A stretch of 28,380 bases of DNA. It comes from a virus. Its lineage: Duplodnaviria > Caudoviricetes. This document shows positions 8,494 to 15,090 of this stretch, piece by piece. The position numbers were made by a program, and so were the translations under genes. The notes beneath the pieces were generated by a model. That model saw only the letters and a program-made list of their open reading frames with translations, had not been told where the DNA came from and ran no database searches. Location of the stretch: IMG/VR virus record IMGVR_UViG_3300008459_000274, positions 1 to 28,380 of that record, one strand, 5' to 3'. Every line of letters begins with the position of its first letter. Positions within the stretch are counted from its first letter, which is position 1.

Positions 8494-8690
8494 AGTGTTT
8501 CAAGGTATGTTTGTAATTCCGAATGAGTGTTTGACCAATCAAATGTCATTTCAACATCATCGGCTTTGTCGGCCCATTTAGCATCATCTTCCGTTTGGAA
8601 CATTTCAGCATCCCAAAATGCAAGGATGATGTTCTTCACCCCTTCATCTTTAGCTTCTTTCAATCTTTCGATTGCTTCATCTATTGTCAT
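8490..8690 (-). CDS. hypothetical protein (66 aa)
   Basis: Start moved to ATG 8690, after promoter TTGACC-17-CAGAAT (8725-8753) and an AC-rich leader. Confidence 0.65.
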   Translation of the reverse strand: MTIDEAIERLKEAKDEGVKNIILAFWDAEMFQTEDDAKWADKADDVEMTFDWSNTHSELQTYLETL

Positions 8691-8761
8691 TGTTTTGGTT
8701 TTGTTGGTTGATTGTTGAGCGAGTATTCTGCCAGAAATATCCGCAAAGGTCAAGAATTATT

Positions 8762-9241
8762 TTAAAGATTCGCTTCAAGATACCGAAGAAATTCTTTTGG
8801 TTCTTGTGGAGAACGAACCCATGCCCGATCATAGAATACACCTTGATTGCCTTTATCCGCTCTCCGACCCTCAAGGTCTTGTTCAAGGTAATAAATTGAA
8901 CCATCACTTGTAAGTTCATGGAGGCTTTCATCATAGGAAAGCATATCGTCAAATGTATCTTGATTAAACTCTTTTTTTACATCAAGAATGACTGCTGAAT
9001 ATGCTTTCTGTCCACAAAGGGAACGAATGTTATATTCAATGACATACTCGTTAAAATTACTATAATGTCTTTTCTCCAGCATTTGTGTAAAATCCTGCAA
9101 GTCTTGGTCATCCATCCAAGATTCCAACAAGTCTGGCAATTCTGTTGTATCGAAATGTTTTCCGATTTTATTGAATTTCGCAATGAGTTTTGGATCGTGT
9201 CCATTGTCTCCATGCATTACTAATGGTGTATTAAATTTCAT
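8762..9241 (-). CDS. hypothetical protein, paralog of 7953..8345
   Basis: Shared motifs as listed for the paralog. Confidence 0.7.
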   Translation of the reverse strand: MKFNTPLVMHGDNGHDPKLIAKFNKIGKHFDTTELPDLLESWMDDQDLQDFTQMLEKRHYSNFNEYVIEYNIRSLCGQKAYSAVILDVKKEFNQDTFDDMLSYDESLHELTSDGSIYYLEQDLEGRRADKGNQGVFYDRAWVRSPQEPKEFLRYLEANL

Positions 9242-9253
9242 TTTTAATTTTAA

Positions 9254-9412
9254 TTACCAAGTTATTTTTCCTTCTGTTTCTTGAACATATTCGACTTTAT
9301 TTGAATCAAGATATTTTGAAATGGCTTGTGATATTTCATCGGGCAAGATAATTTCTGCTGTTGATCCACATTCATGTTCAACGAATACTCCCCATTCGAT
9401 TACTTTTTTCAT
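9254..9412 (-). CDS. hypothetical protein (52 aa)
   Basis: Manual translation MKKVIEWGVFVEHECGSTAEIILPDEISQAISKYLDSNKVEYVQETEGKITW; AC-rich leader; promoter TTGACA-17-TAGGAT (9481-9509). Confidence 0.6.
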   Translation of the reverse strand: MKKVIEWGVFVEHECGSTAEIILPDEISQAISKYLDSNKVEYVQETEGKITW

Positions 9413-9453
9413 TTGGTTTTATTTGGTTGGTTGTTTGGATTTTGTTGAATAGA

Positions 9454-9471
9454 TCAAGTATGATTTGAACT
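9454..9471. repeat. 18-bp element TCAAGTATGATTTGAACT, copy 1 (copy 2 at 19595-19612)
   Basis: Exact match between copies; each is the centre of an inverted repeat. Confidence 0.75.
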
Positions 9472-9511
9472 ATGGTGCATATCCTAATCTTTTAGGGAAG
9501 GGTTGTCAACA

Positions 9512-9670
9512 TCAAAAATAATTTTTTGAATATACTGCTGGCTGTTTATTGTTATATTCAATTGTCTTTTTGAAATTATACCAATCCAATTTCGCTTGTC
9601 TTTTGGTGTCTTTGAATGTGGTGCAACCTGTCATTGCAATGATTGATAATAGAATTGTAATTGTTTTCAC
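9512..9670 (-). CDS. small lipoprotein (52 aa)
   Basis: GTG start overlapping the upstream stop (GTGA): MKTITILLSIIAMTG-C signal with lipobox-like Cys. Confidence 0.6.
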   Translation of the reverse strand: MKTITILLSIIAMTGCTTFKDTKRQAKLDWYNFKKTIEYNNKQPAVYSKNYF

Positions 9671-9957
9671 GATAAGAATTTCTTTACATTTTCCACGGCT
9701 TTTTCGGAATGTCCACCGATATGCCAATTGTATTCTCCAAGGGGAACTTGTGAAACTTTCCAGCAATAAATTGTTGCGATTGTTCCATCTGTAAATTCCA
9801 GAATCCATTCGCAGATAACCTTTCCATCACCAGAGTTCGGATACAAAGGCTCTCCAAATGTTTTTTCCAGATTGGCAAATGTTGTATTGATCGATCCTTG
9901 AAGACAGGTTCCGTTTGTCTTCAAGGCACTTGTCAGTTTGTCAAATTCCAGTTCCAT
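9667..9957 (-). CDS. conserved phage hypothetical protein
   Basis: T.LQG...FGEP...DGKV..EW...ATIY.WK...WHIGG pattern; promoter and AC-rich leader upstream. Confidence 0.75.
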   Translation of the reverse strand: MELEFDKLTSALKTNGTCLQGSINTTFANLEKTFGEPLYPNSGDGKVICEWILEFTDGTIATIYCWKVSQVPLGEYNWHIGGHSEKAVENVKKFLS

Positions 9958-9989
9958 ATGTTTTGTTGGTTGTTTTAACTACAGGAGAG

Positions 9990-10018
9990 ATTCTCGCAGA
10001 AATGGGGATTCATGTCAA
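9990..10018 (-). promoter_or_regulatory. sigma70-type promoter, near-duplicate of 15006-15034
   Basis: TTGACA-17-GAGAAT; shares ATTTCTGCGAGAATCTyTCyTGTAGTTAAAACAAyCAAC with the LysM-gene promoter. Confidence 0.75.
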
Positions 10019-10245
10019 ACGAAATTTTCAACTTCTTGAATCTTTTTGTAAGGTATTCCAAATTCAATGGCATCTTGGGCAAGGACGATGTAACGAAAAA
10101 CCGATCCAATTTTTCCAACTCCAACTGGAATTGTCTGTAAAATACCCTTCCATTTCTTTTCATCAAGGATGTTCTTTTCCAAGATTGCAACTAGAATGTT
10201 ACCTTGGGGGAGATTTCCAACTTTGATTAGTTTGTCGATTTTCAT
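10015..10245 (-). CDS. hypothetical protein
   Basis: ATGA-coupled ORF; stop overlaps TTGACA. Confidence 0.6.
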   Translation of the reverse strand: MKIDKLIKVGNLPQGNILVAILEKNILDEKKWKGILQTIPVGVGKIGSVFRYIVLAQDAIEFGIPYKKIQEVENFV

Positions 10246-10610
10246 TTTGTTTCTCCTACATTGATGCCATGTTTCTTTTGGTATTCTTTGAGGGCATACT
10301 CATCGCAAATGTCAATGAGCCAACCCATCTGCTTGCGGTATTCCTCCTTGCCTTCTGGTGTCTTGATGCTGACTTGATTCTCTGTGAGAACCTGCCCCTC
10401 TTCTGGAAATAGAACCACCTCTTTCTTTACTGGTTTGGAATGACCATTGATACCGCAAACCTTGCAAGCATCTTTATCGATGGGGCATCGATGTTTTGGA
10501 ATGGACTTTGCAATCTTGGGTTTGTTTTCCACATTCTTGGTATCGACAAAATTGTTGTAGATGTAGATGCCAAGAACAACTGCGATTGAGTATTTGATTA
10601 TTGTGAACAT
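10242..10610 (-). CDS. N-terminally membrane-anchored protein with a Cys/His cluster
   Basis: Hydrophobic N-terminus; HRCPIDKDACKVCGINGH; ATG 6 nt after TTGACA-17-TAGGAT (10617-10645). Confidence 0.7.
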   Translation of the reverse strand: MFTIIKYSIAVVLGIYIYNNFVDTKNVENKPKIAKSIPKHRCPIDKDACKVCGINGHSKPVKKEVVLFPEEGQVLTENQVSIKTPEGKEEYRKQMGWLIDICDEYALKEYQKKHGINVGETK

Positions 10611-10651
10611 GGGAACATCCTATATTTTTTCAATGGATGTGTCAATGTTTT

Positions 10652-10861
10652 TTAATATTTTCTCCAACGAAATTCCATTTCCCCATTTTTTGTGAAATGG
10701 AAATCAGCAACCCTTCTCTTGACGCATTCATTTTGCATTTTGAGAATTCCCTCTCTTGAAAAGACTTTCTCCGTGAAGACTCCAATGAGAAAAGCCCAAC
10801 CCATGCCAACAACAAACAATGTGTATGCCGTGTTGTTTTTTAATGCTTCAATTATTTTCAT
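10652..10861 (-). CDS. small membrane protein
   Basis: One hydrophobic segment (YTLFVVGMGWAFLIGVF). Confidence 0.6.
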   Translation of the reverse strand: MKIIEALKNNTAYTLFVVGMGWAFLIGVFTEKVFSREGILKMQNECVKRRVADFHFTKNGEMEFRWRKY

Positions 10862-11015
10862 CTTTTTTTGTTTCCTTTTTCACAATCTTAATATCGTGTA
10901 GAAAGAATAGAAGAATAACCCACCAAGACACAAGATTAAAATATCCTAGTGTGATTGCCACTAAAAAATAAATTGGAAAAAAGAAATTGATTGGTTTGTT
11001 TAGATTAATAGTCAT
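10848..11015 (-). CDS. small membrane protein
   Basis: Start set at ATG 11015 (MTINLNKP); hydrophobic core. Confidence 0.5.
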   Translation of the reverse strand: MTINLNKPINFFFPIYFLVAITLGYFNLVSWWVILLFFLHDIKIVKKETKKDENN

Positions 11016-11112
11016 GAAAAAAAGTGAGGGTTTCAGCGCACACCCTCGAAACGCAATTCCAAGAACAGATCGATCATGTCCATTTCGGCAAAGGACTATG
11101 CCCAAGGAATTT
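11016..11112 (-). ncRNA. candidate structured RNA element ending in a terminator-like hairpin
   Basis: GC-rich intergenic stretch with nested stems AATTCC/GGAATT, GGGCA/TGTTC, GTCC/GGAC, then GAGGGT/ACCCTC plus a T-run. Confidence 0.35.
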
Positions 11113-11127
11113 TCACCGAAATTTTAA

Positions 11128-11316
11128 TTAAAGAACAAATCGACCATCTGCATTTTGCCTAATAAGCTCCAAAGATTCATGTAGAATGTTTGCAATGTCC
11201 TTATCTGATACAAGGAGTTGCATGAGCAAGGAATGGGATTCCTTATTGATTCCACAATCATCGTCCAATACGGATTCAATGAAGAGGCGTAGCAGTTCTT
11301 TTGATGTTTGATTCAT
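11128..11316 (-). CDS. hypothetical protein
   Basis: ORF with A-rich leader. Confidence 0.55.
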   Translation of the reverse strand: MNQTSKELLRLFIESVLDDDCGINKESHSLLMQLLVSDKDIANILHESLELIRQNADGRFVL

Positions 11317-11328
11317 TTTATTTTTTAT

Positions 11329-11553
11329 TTATACATTTATGTTGTTTGTTTCTCTTGCAATTTCAAAAGCCACTTCGACTTTTGAAAAATTCTGATTTTG
11401 CGTATAGATGTTGCACCTTTGCCCATTCTTCAGTAATACGCAATTAAAGGGTTTATTTAAATCTGAATCAATTTTTTGATATGTGTGGTCGTTTGAGGAT
11501 TTATGTGTTGTGAAACAATCCCCGACTTTTAATTCCTCCCAAGTATAATTCAT
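11329..11553 (-). CDS. hypothetical protein
   Basis: Start set at ATG 11553 (MNYTWEELKVGDCF). Confidence 0.55.
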   Translation of the reverse strand: MNYTWEELKVGDCFTTHKSSNDHTYQKIDSDLNKPFNCVLLKNGQRCNIYTQNQNFSKVEVAFEIARETNNINV

Positions 11554-11566
11554 TGTGAAAAATATG

Positions 11567-11821
11567 TCAAGCCCACATTTTCTTGATTGCTCTTTGGAGT
11601 GCAATCTTATTCCCTAGCTTTCGGTTGTAGTTGTCCTTGTAACTGCAACGAGCCTCACCAAACCATTCTTTTCCATTTGGATCGAGAATTTCAATCCTTG
11701 TGATTCTCCCTGCAAGGTGGGCATATACATCATCTGGACTAATGAGGTTCTGTAAAACACGAACCTTGTATCCGCTCTTGCGGAGTTTTTCAATTGTGAC
11801 TTCTTCTGTATTTTGTGTCAT
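11567..11821 (-). CDS. conserved phage hypothetical protein
   Basis: G.A.CS..DNYNRK.G..IAL.RA C-terminal motif typical of a widespread small phage protein family. Confidence 0.7.
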   Translation of the reverse strand: MTQNTEEVTIEKLRKSGYKVRVLQNLISPDDVYAHLAGRITRIEILDPNGKEWFGEARCSYKDNYNRKLGNKIALQRAIKKMWA

Positions 11822-11958
11822 TTGAGTAAAAATTCAATTAGAAAATACATCGCTATTGTGGCGAGAATTAGAATTGTTGCGGCTATTTTTTTGTGCATAT
11901 CTATTAATGCGAACAAGGAAAAAACCAGAACCTCTGCGAAAAGAAACCATTTTTTCAT
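11818..11958 (-). CDS. small membrane protein (46 aa)
   Basis: Manual translation MKKWFLFAEVLVFSLFALIDMHKKIAATILILATIAMYFLIEFLLK; ATG 8 nt after TTGACA-17-TAATAT (11967-11995). Confidence 0.55.
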   Translation of the reverse strand: MKKWFLFAEVLVFSLFALIDMHKKIAATILILATIAMYFLIEFLLK

Positions 11959-12013
11959 TGTTTAGTATATTAGCATTTAGTTTTGGGTTTGTCAAGGCTT
12001 GCATTGATGTTTA

Positions 12014-12172
12014 TTATTTTTTAACTTCCAGTGATTTGAAATCGTGACCAACGGATTTCAAAAAGTTTTCAATGTGTTCAACTGCCTTTTGTAATTCTGT
12101 TTTGGAATCAATGGTGAACTTGATTTCAATACCTTTGTGATTTCCAATGAGTTTTATGTTGTTATCGGACAT
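12014..12172 (-). CDS. hypothetical protein (52 aa)
   Basis: Manual translation MSDNNIKLIGNHKGIEIKFTIDSK...; ATG 8 nt after TTGACA-17-TAACAT (12181-12209). Confidence 0.6.
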   Translation of the reverse strand: MSDNNIKLIGNHKGIEIKFTIDSKTELQKAVEHIENFLKSVGHDFKSLEVKK

Positions 12173-12220
12173 TGTTGGGTATGTTATATTTTTTGGATGG
12201 GAATGTCAAGGGGGGGTAAA

Positions 12221-12292
12221 TGTCTCAAGAAAGAATCGAACTTTCATTAGAAATTTAGAAGATTTCTGTCCTATCCATTGAACGATTGAGAC
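12221..12292 (-). tRNA. tRNA-Arg(UCU), CCA not encoded
   Basis: GTCTCAA/TTGAGAC acceptor, GTTC/GGAC D stem, GAAAT-CT TCT AA-ATTTC anticodon arm, GAAAG-TTCGATT-CTTTC T arm. Confidence 0.92.
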
Positions 12293-12300
12293 TTTGTAAG

Positions 12301-12378
12301 TGGTTCTCGCATCCAGACTTGAACTGGAAACCTAAAGTTTATGAGACTTTTGCTCTAACCAAATTGAGCTATGCGAGA
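12301..12378 (-). tRNA. tRNA with CAU anticodon, probably tRNA-Ile2 (lysidine substrate)
   Basis: TCTCGCA/TGCGAGA-A-CCA acceptor with C4-G69, AAAGT-CT CAT AA-ACTTT, TCCAG-TTCAAGT-CTGGA; starts 15 nt after the tilS stop. Confidence 0.88.
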
Positions 12379-12393
12379 ATATAAAATACTATA

Positions 12394-13053
12394 TCATTCT
12401 TTCACAACATCGTCAAGATGTTTCTTCATTTTCTTAAAAACAACTTTATGCAATCCTGCATACTTCGCATCAATCACAGGCAACACAACTTTCCTTGCCC
12501 AATTACGCATAAGTTTTAAATCATTATTCATGCTATCTTCCATTACGAATTTTGTGAGATCATGGTATTCCAAATATTCCACAAAGTCAATCTTTTTGTT
12601 CAACAAAAATGGGCGAAAAATAGAAACCTCTGGATACTTGCAGAAATAATGAATTGGAACAAATTCTGGACATCCTTTCAAAAAATTCAAAAAATAAGAC
12701 TCCACACAATCATCCAAATGATGGGCTGTGCAGATATAATCGAATCCTTGTTTCTCCGCATAATTGCGAAGTAAAGAATATCGAACATTCCTGCAAAAAT
12801 CTTCTTTGCTTCCCTTATCATACTTTGCATTTGATTCCATGATATACAATGGAATCTCATTCTTGTAACAAAACCTTGTGACATTTTCTGCAATCTCATC
12901 ATCCTGTGGAATGAATTTGTGATTCACATGGATTGTTAAAAAATCAAATCCTTTTTTATGCAGGAAATGGCAAGCCGCAATACTATCTGAACCACCAGAT
13001 AATGCAAAAATGAATTTGTTTTTGGGAAAATATGTTTTGTTGAATGTTAGCAT
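12394..13053 (-). CDS. tilS: tRNA(Ile)-lysidine synthetase, catalytic domain only
   Basis: PP-loop ALSGGSDS, HVNH, R..RY, TAHHLDDCVES, RPFL, D.MN...RN..R. Confidence 0.92.
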   Translation of the reverse strand: MLTFNKTYFPKNKFIFALSGGSDSIAACHFLHKKGFDFLTIHVNHKFIPQDDEIAENVTRFCYKNEIPLYIMESNAKYDKGSKEDFCRNVRYSLLRNYAEKQGFDYICTAHHLDDCVESYFLNFLKGCPEFVPIHYFCKYPEVSIFRPFLLNKKIDFVEYLEYHDLTKFVMEDSMNNDLKLMRNWARKVVLPVIDAKYAGLHKVVFKKMKKHLDDVVKE

Positions 13054-13129
13054 TTGTATGTTGTTTATTGATAAATATTTACTTGGAGAGGGGATCGAAC
13101 CCTCACGCCCTTACGGACACAAGATTTTA

Positions 13130-13880
13130 CAAGTAACTAATAATCTTTCGATTATCAAAGTCGTGGAAACTTTGTTTTACTTTGGACTATATCTTCATCT
13201 TCAACTCTACTTGTTCAGATGTTCCGTGTTTAGTCTCTGAATCTTCACCATTTAAGGTGCTTGACTGCTGATTGTCTAATTCAATCAATTTTTGAACTTT
13301 CGCATTCGTTGTTTCCAACCACGCTGTAGTTTGATTGTCTCTAAAGATGTTCCAGCAATTTACGGAATCCTTACCTAATGATTTCTCATAGGCGACCCTT
13401 TGTATTCTTAAAAACTCATGCAACTTTCCATGGTTATGTCTACTCATAATCCACAAATTTTCTAATTTGTTATTTGTTGGATTCTCATCTACATGATGAA
13501 CAACTTCATTATAGTTTAATTTTCTTTCAAGAAGTTTTTCAGCTATAACTCTATGTTCATCTCTACAACCCACTTTTTTATACTGATTGTTTTTATATCC
13601 AGTATTTTTAGATAGTTTGTAACAATTAGGACATATTACTTGAGTTTTTCTCCATTTAATATAATCAGAATCACATATATTACATTTGTGTATATTTTGC
13701 CTTCTTTTATCTACTACATTTGGGTAATATTTTGAACAACGCAATCTATTACAAGCAATACAAATTTTTCTGTTTTTTACTAAATTTGGCGATCCACAAT
13801 TTTTACATATTTTATTTTCCATACAACTATATTTATATGGAAGACACTAAAAATCTATAAAAATTTTTAAAATACTAATC
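13130..13880 (-). mobile_element. group I intron (751 nt) encoding an HNH endonuclease
   Basis: 5' exon ends in U and intron ends in G. P AAATTGCTGGAA (13350-13361), Q AATCAGCAG (13265-13273), R TTCAGAGACTAA (13230-13241), S AAGATATAGTCC (13184-13195), P3 TTCCGT/ACGGAA, P7 GACTA/TAGTC, GAAA-capped hairpin at 13140-13155. Confidence 0.93.
13187..13822 (-). CDS. intron-encoded HNH homing endonuclease
   Basis: Four CxxC pairs, then EHRVIAE...VVHHVDENPTNNKLENL...HGKLH; TATAAATA (13830-13837) 7 nt before ATG. Confidence 0.9.
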   Translation of the reverse strand: MENKICKNCGSPNLVKNRKICIACNRLRCSKYYPNVVDKRRQNIHKCNICDSDYIKWRKTQVICPNCYKLSKNTGYKNNQYKKVGCRDEHRVIAEKLLERKLNYNEVVHHVDENPTNNKLENLWIMSRHNHGKLHEFLRIQRVAYEKSLGKDSVNCWNIFRDNQTTAWLETTNAKVQKLIELDNQQSSTLNGEDSETKHGTSEQVELKMKI

Positions 13881-13984
13881 AGTCTTGTGCGTCTGCCAAT
13901 TCCGCCATCCAAGCATAATTTTATTCTATCAAAAATCCATTCCAATTATTTTTACAAGGTTTGGATAACCTTCTTATATGGAAG

Positions 13985-14056
13985 CACCTACTCTTCGAAT
14001 CGAACGAAGCTCAGACGGAGTAACAATCCGCTCGCACACCTTGTGCGTTAGTAGGT
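13985..14056 (-). tRNA. tRNA-Asn(GUU) with atypical D arm
   Basis: ACCTACT/AGTAGGT-G acceptor, CGCAC-AAGGT-GTGCG D arm, GCGGA-TT GTT AC-TCCGT, CTTCG-TTCGATT-CGAAG. Confidence 0.82.
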
Positions 14057-14094
14057 TTTTAAAAAAACTATTTACTATAAACTTTCAAAAATCC

Positions 14095-14369
14095 ATTATC
14101 CGATTTTTGGATCATCGGGAACCATTCAAACCCCAAACCTTTAAGGCAATTCTACCTTTTCCTCTGGTGCAATTAGGTCTTTAATCTCTGCTTGAATCCT
14201 CTTAATTTCTTCATTATACGCCTTGCAAAAGGATTTCTTGCGTTGTTTCATCTCATCAAGCTCTTTTGTGAGGTTGTATACTTTTTCTTCTGTTGTTGTG
14301 CTTGTTGCTGTTGTTGTTATCATAAATCTAAAAATTTTAATATTATCCGATTTTGGATCATCGGGAACC
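14095..14369. repeat. 28/29-bp direct repeat pair (14095-14123, 14342-14369) flanking a 60-aa ORF
   Basis: ATTATCCGATTTT(T)GGATCATCGGGAACC, identical except for one T; internal inverted repeat CCGAT/ATCGG. Confidence 0.85.
14141..14323 (-). CDS. small coiled-coil protein
   Basis: VYNLTKELDEMKQRKK...YNEEIKRIQAEIKDL heptad pattern. Confidence 0.65.
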   Translation of the reverse strand: MITTTATSTTTEEKVYNLTKELDEMKQRKKSFCKAYNEEIKRIQAEIKDLIAPEEKVELP

Positions 14370-14396
14370 TTACATCAATACCCTAAACGAAATTCC

Positions 14397-14966
14397 TTAC
14401 ATGAACTTCAATTTCTGACCAACTGCCAGTTTATTCTCATCCTTGATTCCGTTGATGAGTTTGAGTCTTGTTGCATTGAGTCCAAACTTCTTCACAATCT
14501 TATTAAATGTATCTCCCTGTTTCACCACATATTCTTTAGAGAGTTGTGGATAGTCTGGATTCGGTTTGCTTGGGGCTTTCGTAATAACCTTTGGGCTTGC
14601 TGGAACTGGTGCAACAACCTCCTTCTTCTCCACAACAGGAACAATTGGCTTTGGTGCAGGAGTTGCCGCAACCTTTGCTGGTTCTGGATATTCCACACCA
14701 ACAATTGGTGCAGAATCCAAGAACTTCTTGTCTTCCAAGGCTTGTGCGGATTGTGTTGCCTTTGCCTTGGATTGTGCAGAGAACAACACAATTCCGCCGA
14801 TAGCGAATGCGTGTAATGCTCCCACAACCCAAAATGCTTTCTTCATTGATAGTGGTTTAAATTCCTGTTCATCATTACTATTCATAAATTTCCCTTTCAG
14901 TTTATTTAGGAATCCATCGATAGGTTCGACTTCATTTTCTTCTTCGTTGAATTGTTCAGTTTTCAT
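14397..14966 (-). CDS. membrane-anchored LysM domain protein
   Basis: TM segment AFWVVGALHAFAIGGIVLF, Pro/Ala-rich linker, C-terminal YVVKQGDTFNKIVKKFG...LKLINGI...LAVGQKLK. Confidence 0.9.
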   Translation of the reverse strand: MKTEQFNEEENEVEPIDGFLNKLKGKFMNSNDEQEFKPLSMKKAFWVVGALHAFAIGGIVLFSAQSKAKATQSAQALEDKKFLDSAPIVGVEYPEPAKVAATPAPKPIVPVVEKKEVVAPVPASPKVITKAPSKPNPDYPQLSKEYVVKQGDTFNKIVKKFGLNATRLKLINGIKDENKLAVGQKLKFM

Positions 14967-15005
14967 TTGGTTTTGTTTTGGTTGATTGTTTTAACTACAA
15001 GAAAG

Positions 15006-15034
15006 ATTCTCGCAGAAATTGCATTTGTTGTCAA
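15006..15034 (-). promoter_or_regulatory. sigma70-type promoter
   Basis: TTGACA-17-GAGAAT with TG extension and AC-rich leader. Confidence 0.75.
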
Positions 15035-15052
15035 TGATTATTATTGGAAAGT

Positions 15053-15080
15053 GTGGAGGGAGGAACCACCCTCCCTCCAC
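15053..15080 (-). terminator. hairpin downstream of rIIB, probable terminator
   Basis: Perfect 11-bp stem GTGGAGGGAGG/CCTCCCTCCAC with 6-nt loop; U-tract is short. Confidence 0.65.
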
Positions 15081-15090
15081 CAACCAACCA

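Larger units (their letters stand above)
13080..13914 (-). tRNA. tRNA-Leu(UAA) interrupted by a group I intron (exons 13914-13881 and 13129-13080)
   Basis: Spliced: GCTTGGA TG GCGGAATTGGCAGACGC A CAAGA CT|TAA AA TCTTG TGTCCGTAAGGGCGT GAGGG TTCGATC CCCTC TCCAAGT A; long variable arm, A73. Confidence 0.92.

Noticed and set aside
11020-11055. Hammerhead ribozyme suggested by a stem followed by GAAAC (also CGAAAC in the 34-bp repeats)
   Set aside because: The required CUGANGA core is absent at the right position.
11543-11570. TTGACA...TATACT promoter candidate overlapping the start of 11329..11553
   Set aside because: Good consensus, but the -10 lies within the first codons of the ORF and no start codon follows, so its role could not be resolved.
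12301-12378. Initiator tRNA-fMet call for the CAU tRNA
   Set aside because: It lacks the three consecutive G-C pairs in the anticodon stem and the C1-A72 mismatch. Elongator Met is not fully excluded.
13915-13984. HDV-like (theta) ribozymes in tRNA 3' trailers
   Set aside because: The trailers are short and AT-rich; only a simple AAGGTT/AACCTT hairpin was seen, with no nested double pseudoknot.
14095-14369. Possible CRISPR mini-array from the 28/29-bp repeats (likewise 21461-22218)
   Set aside because: Only two copies each, separated by about 220 and 690 nt containing whole ORFs; no spacer-sized intervals and no cas genes.
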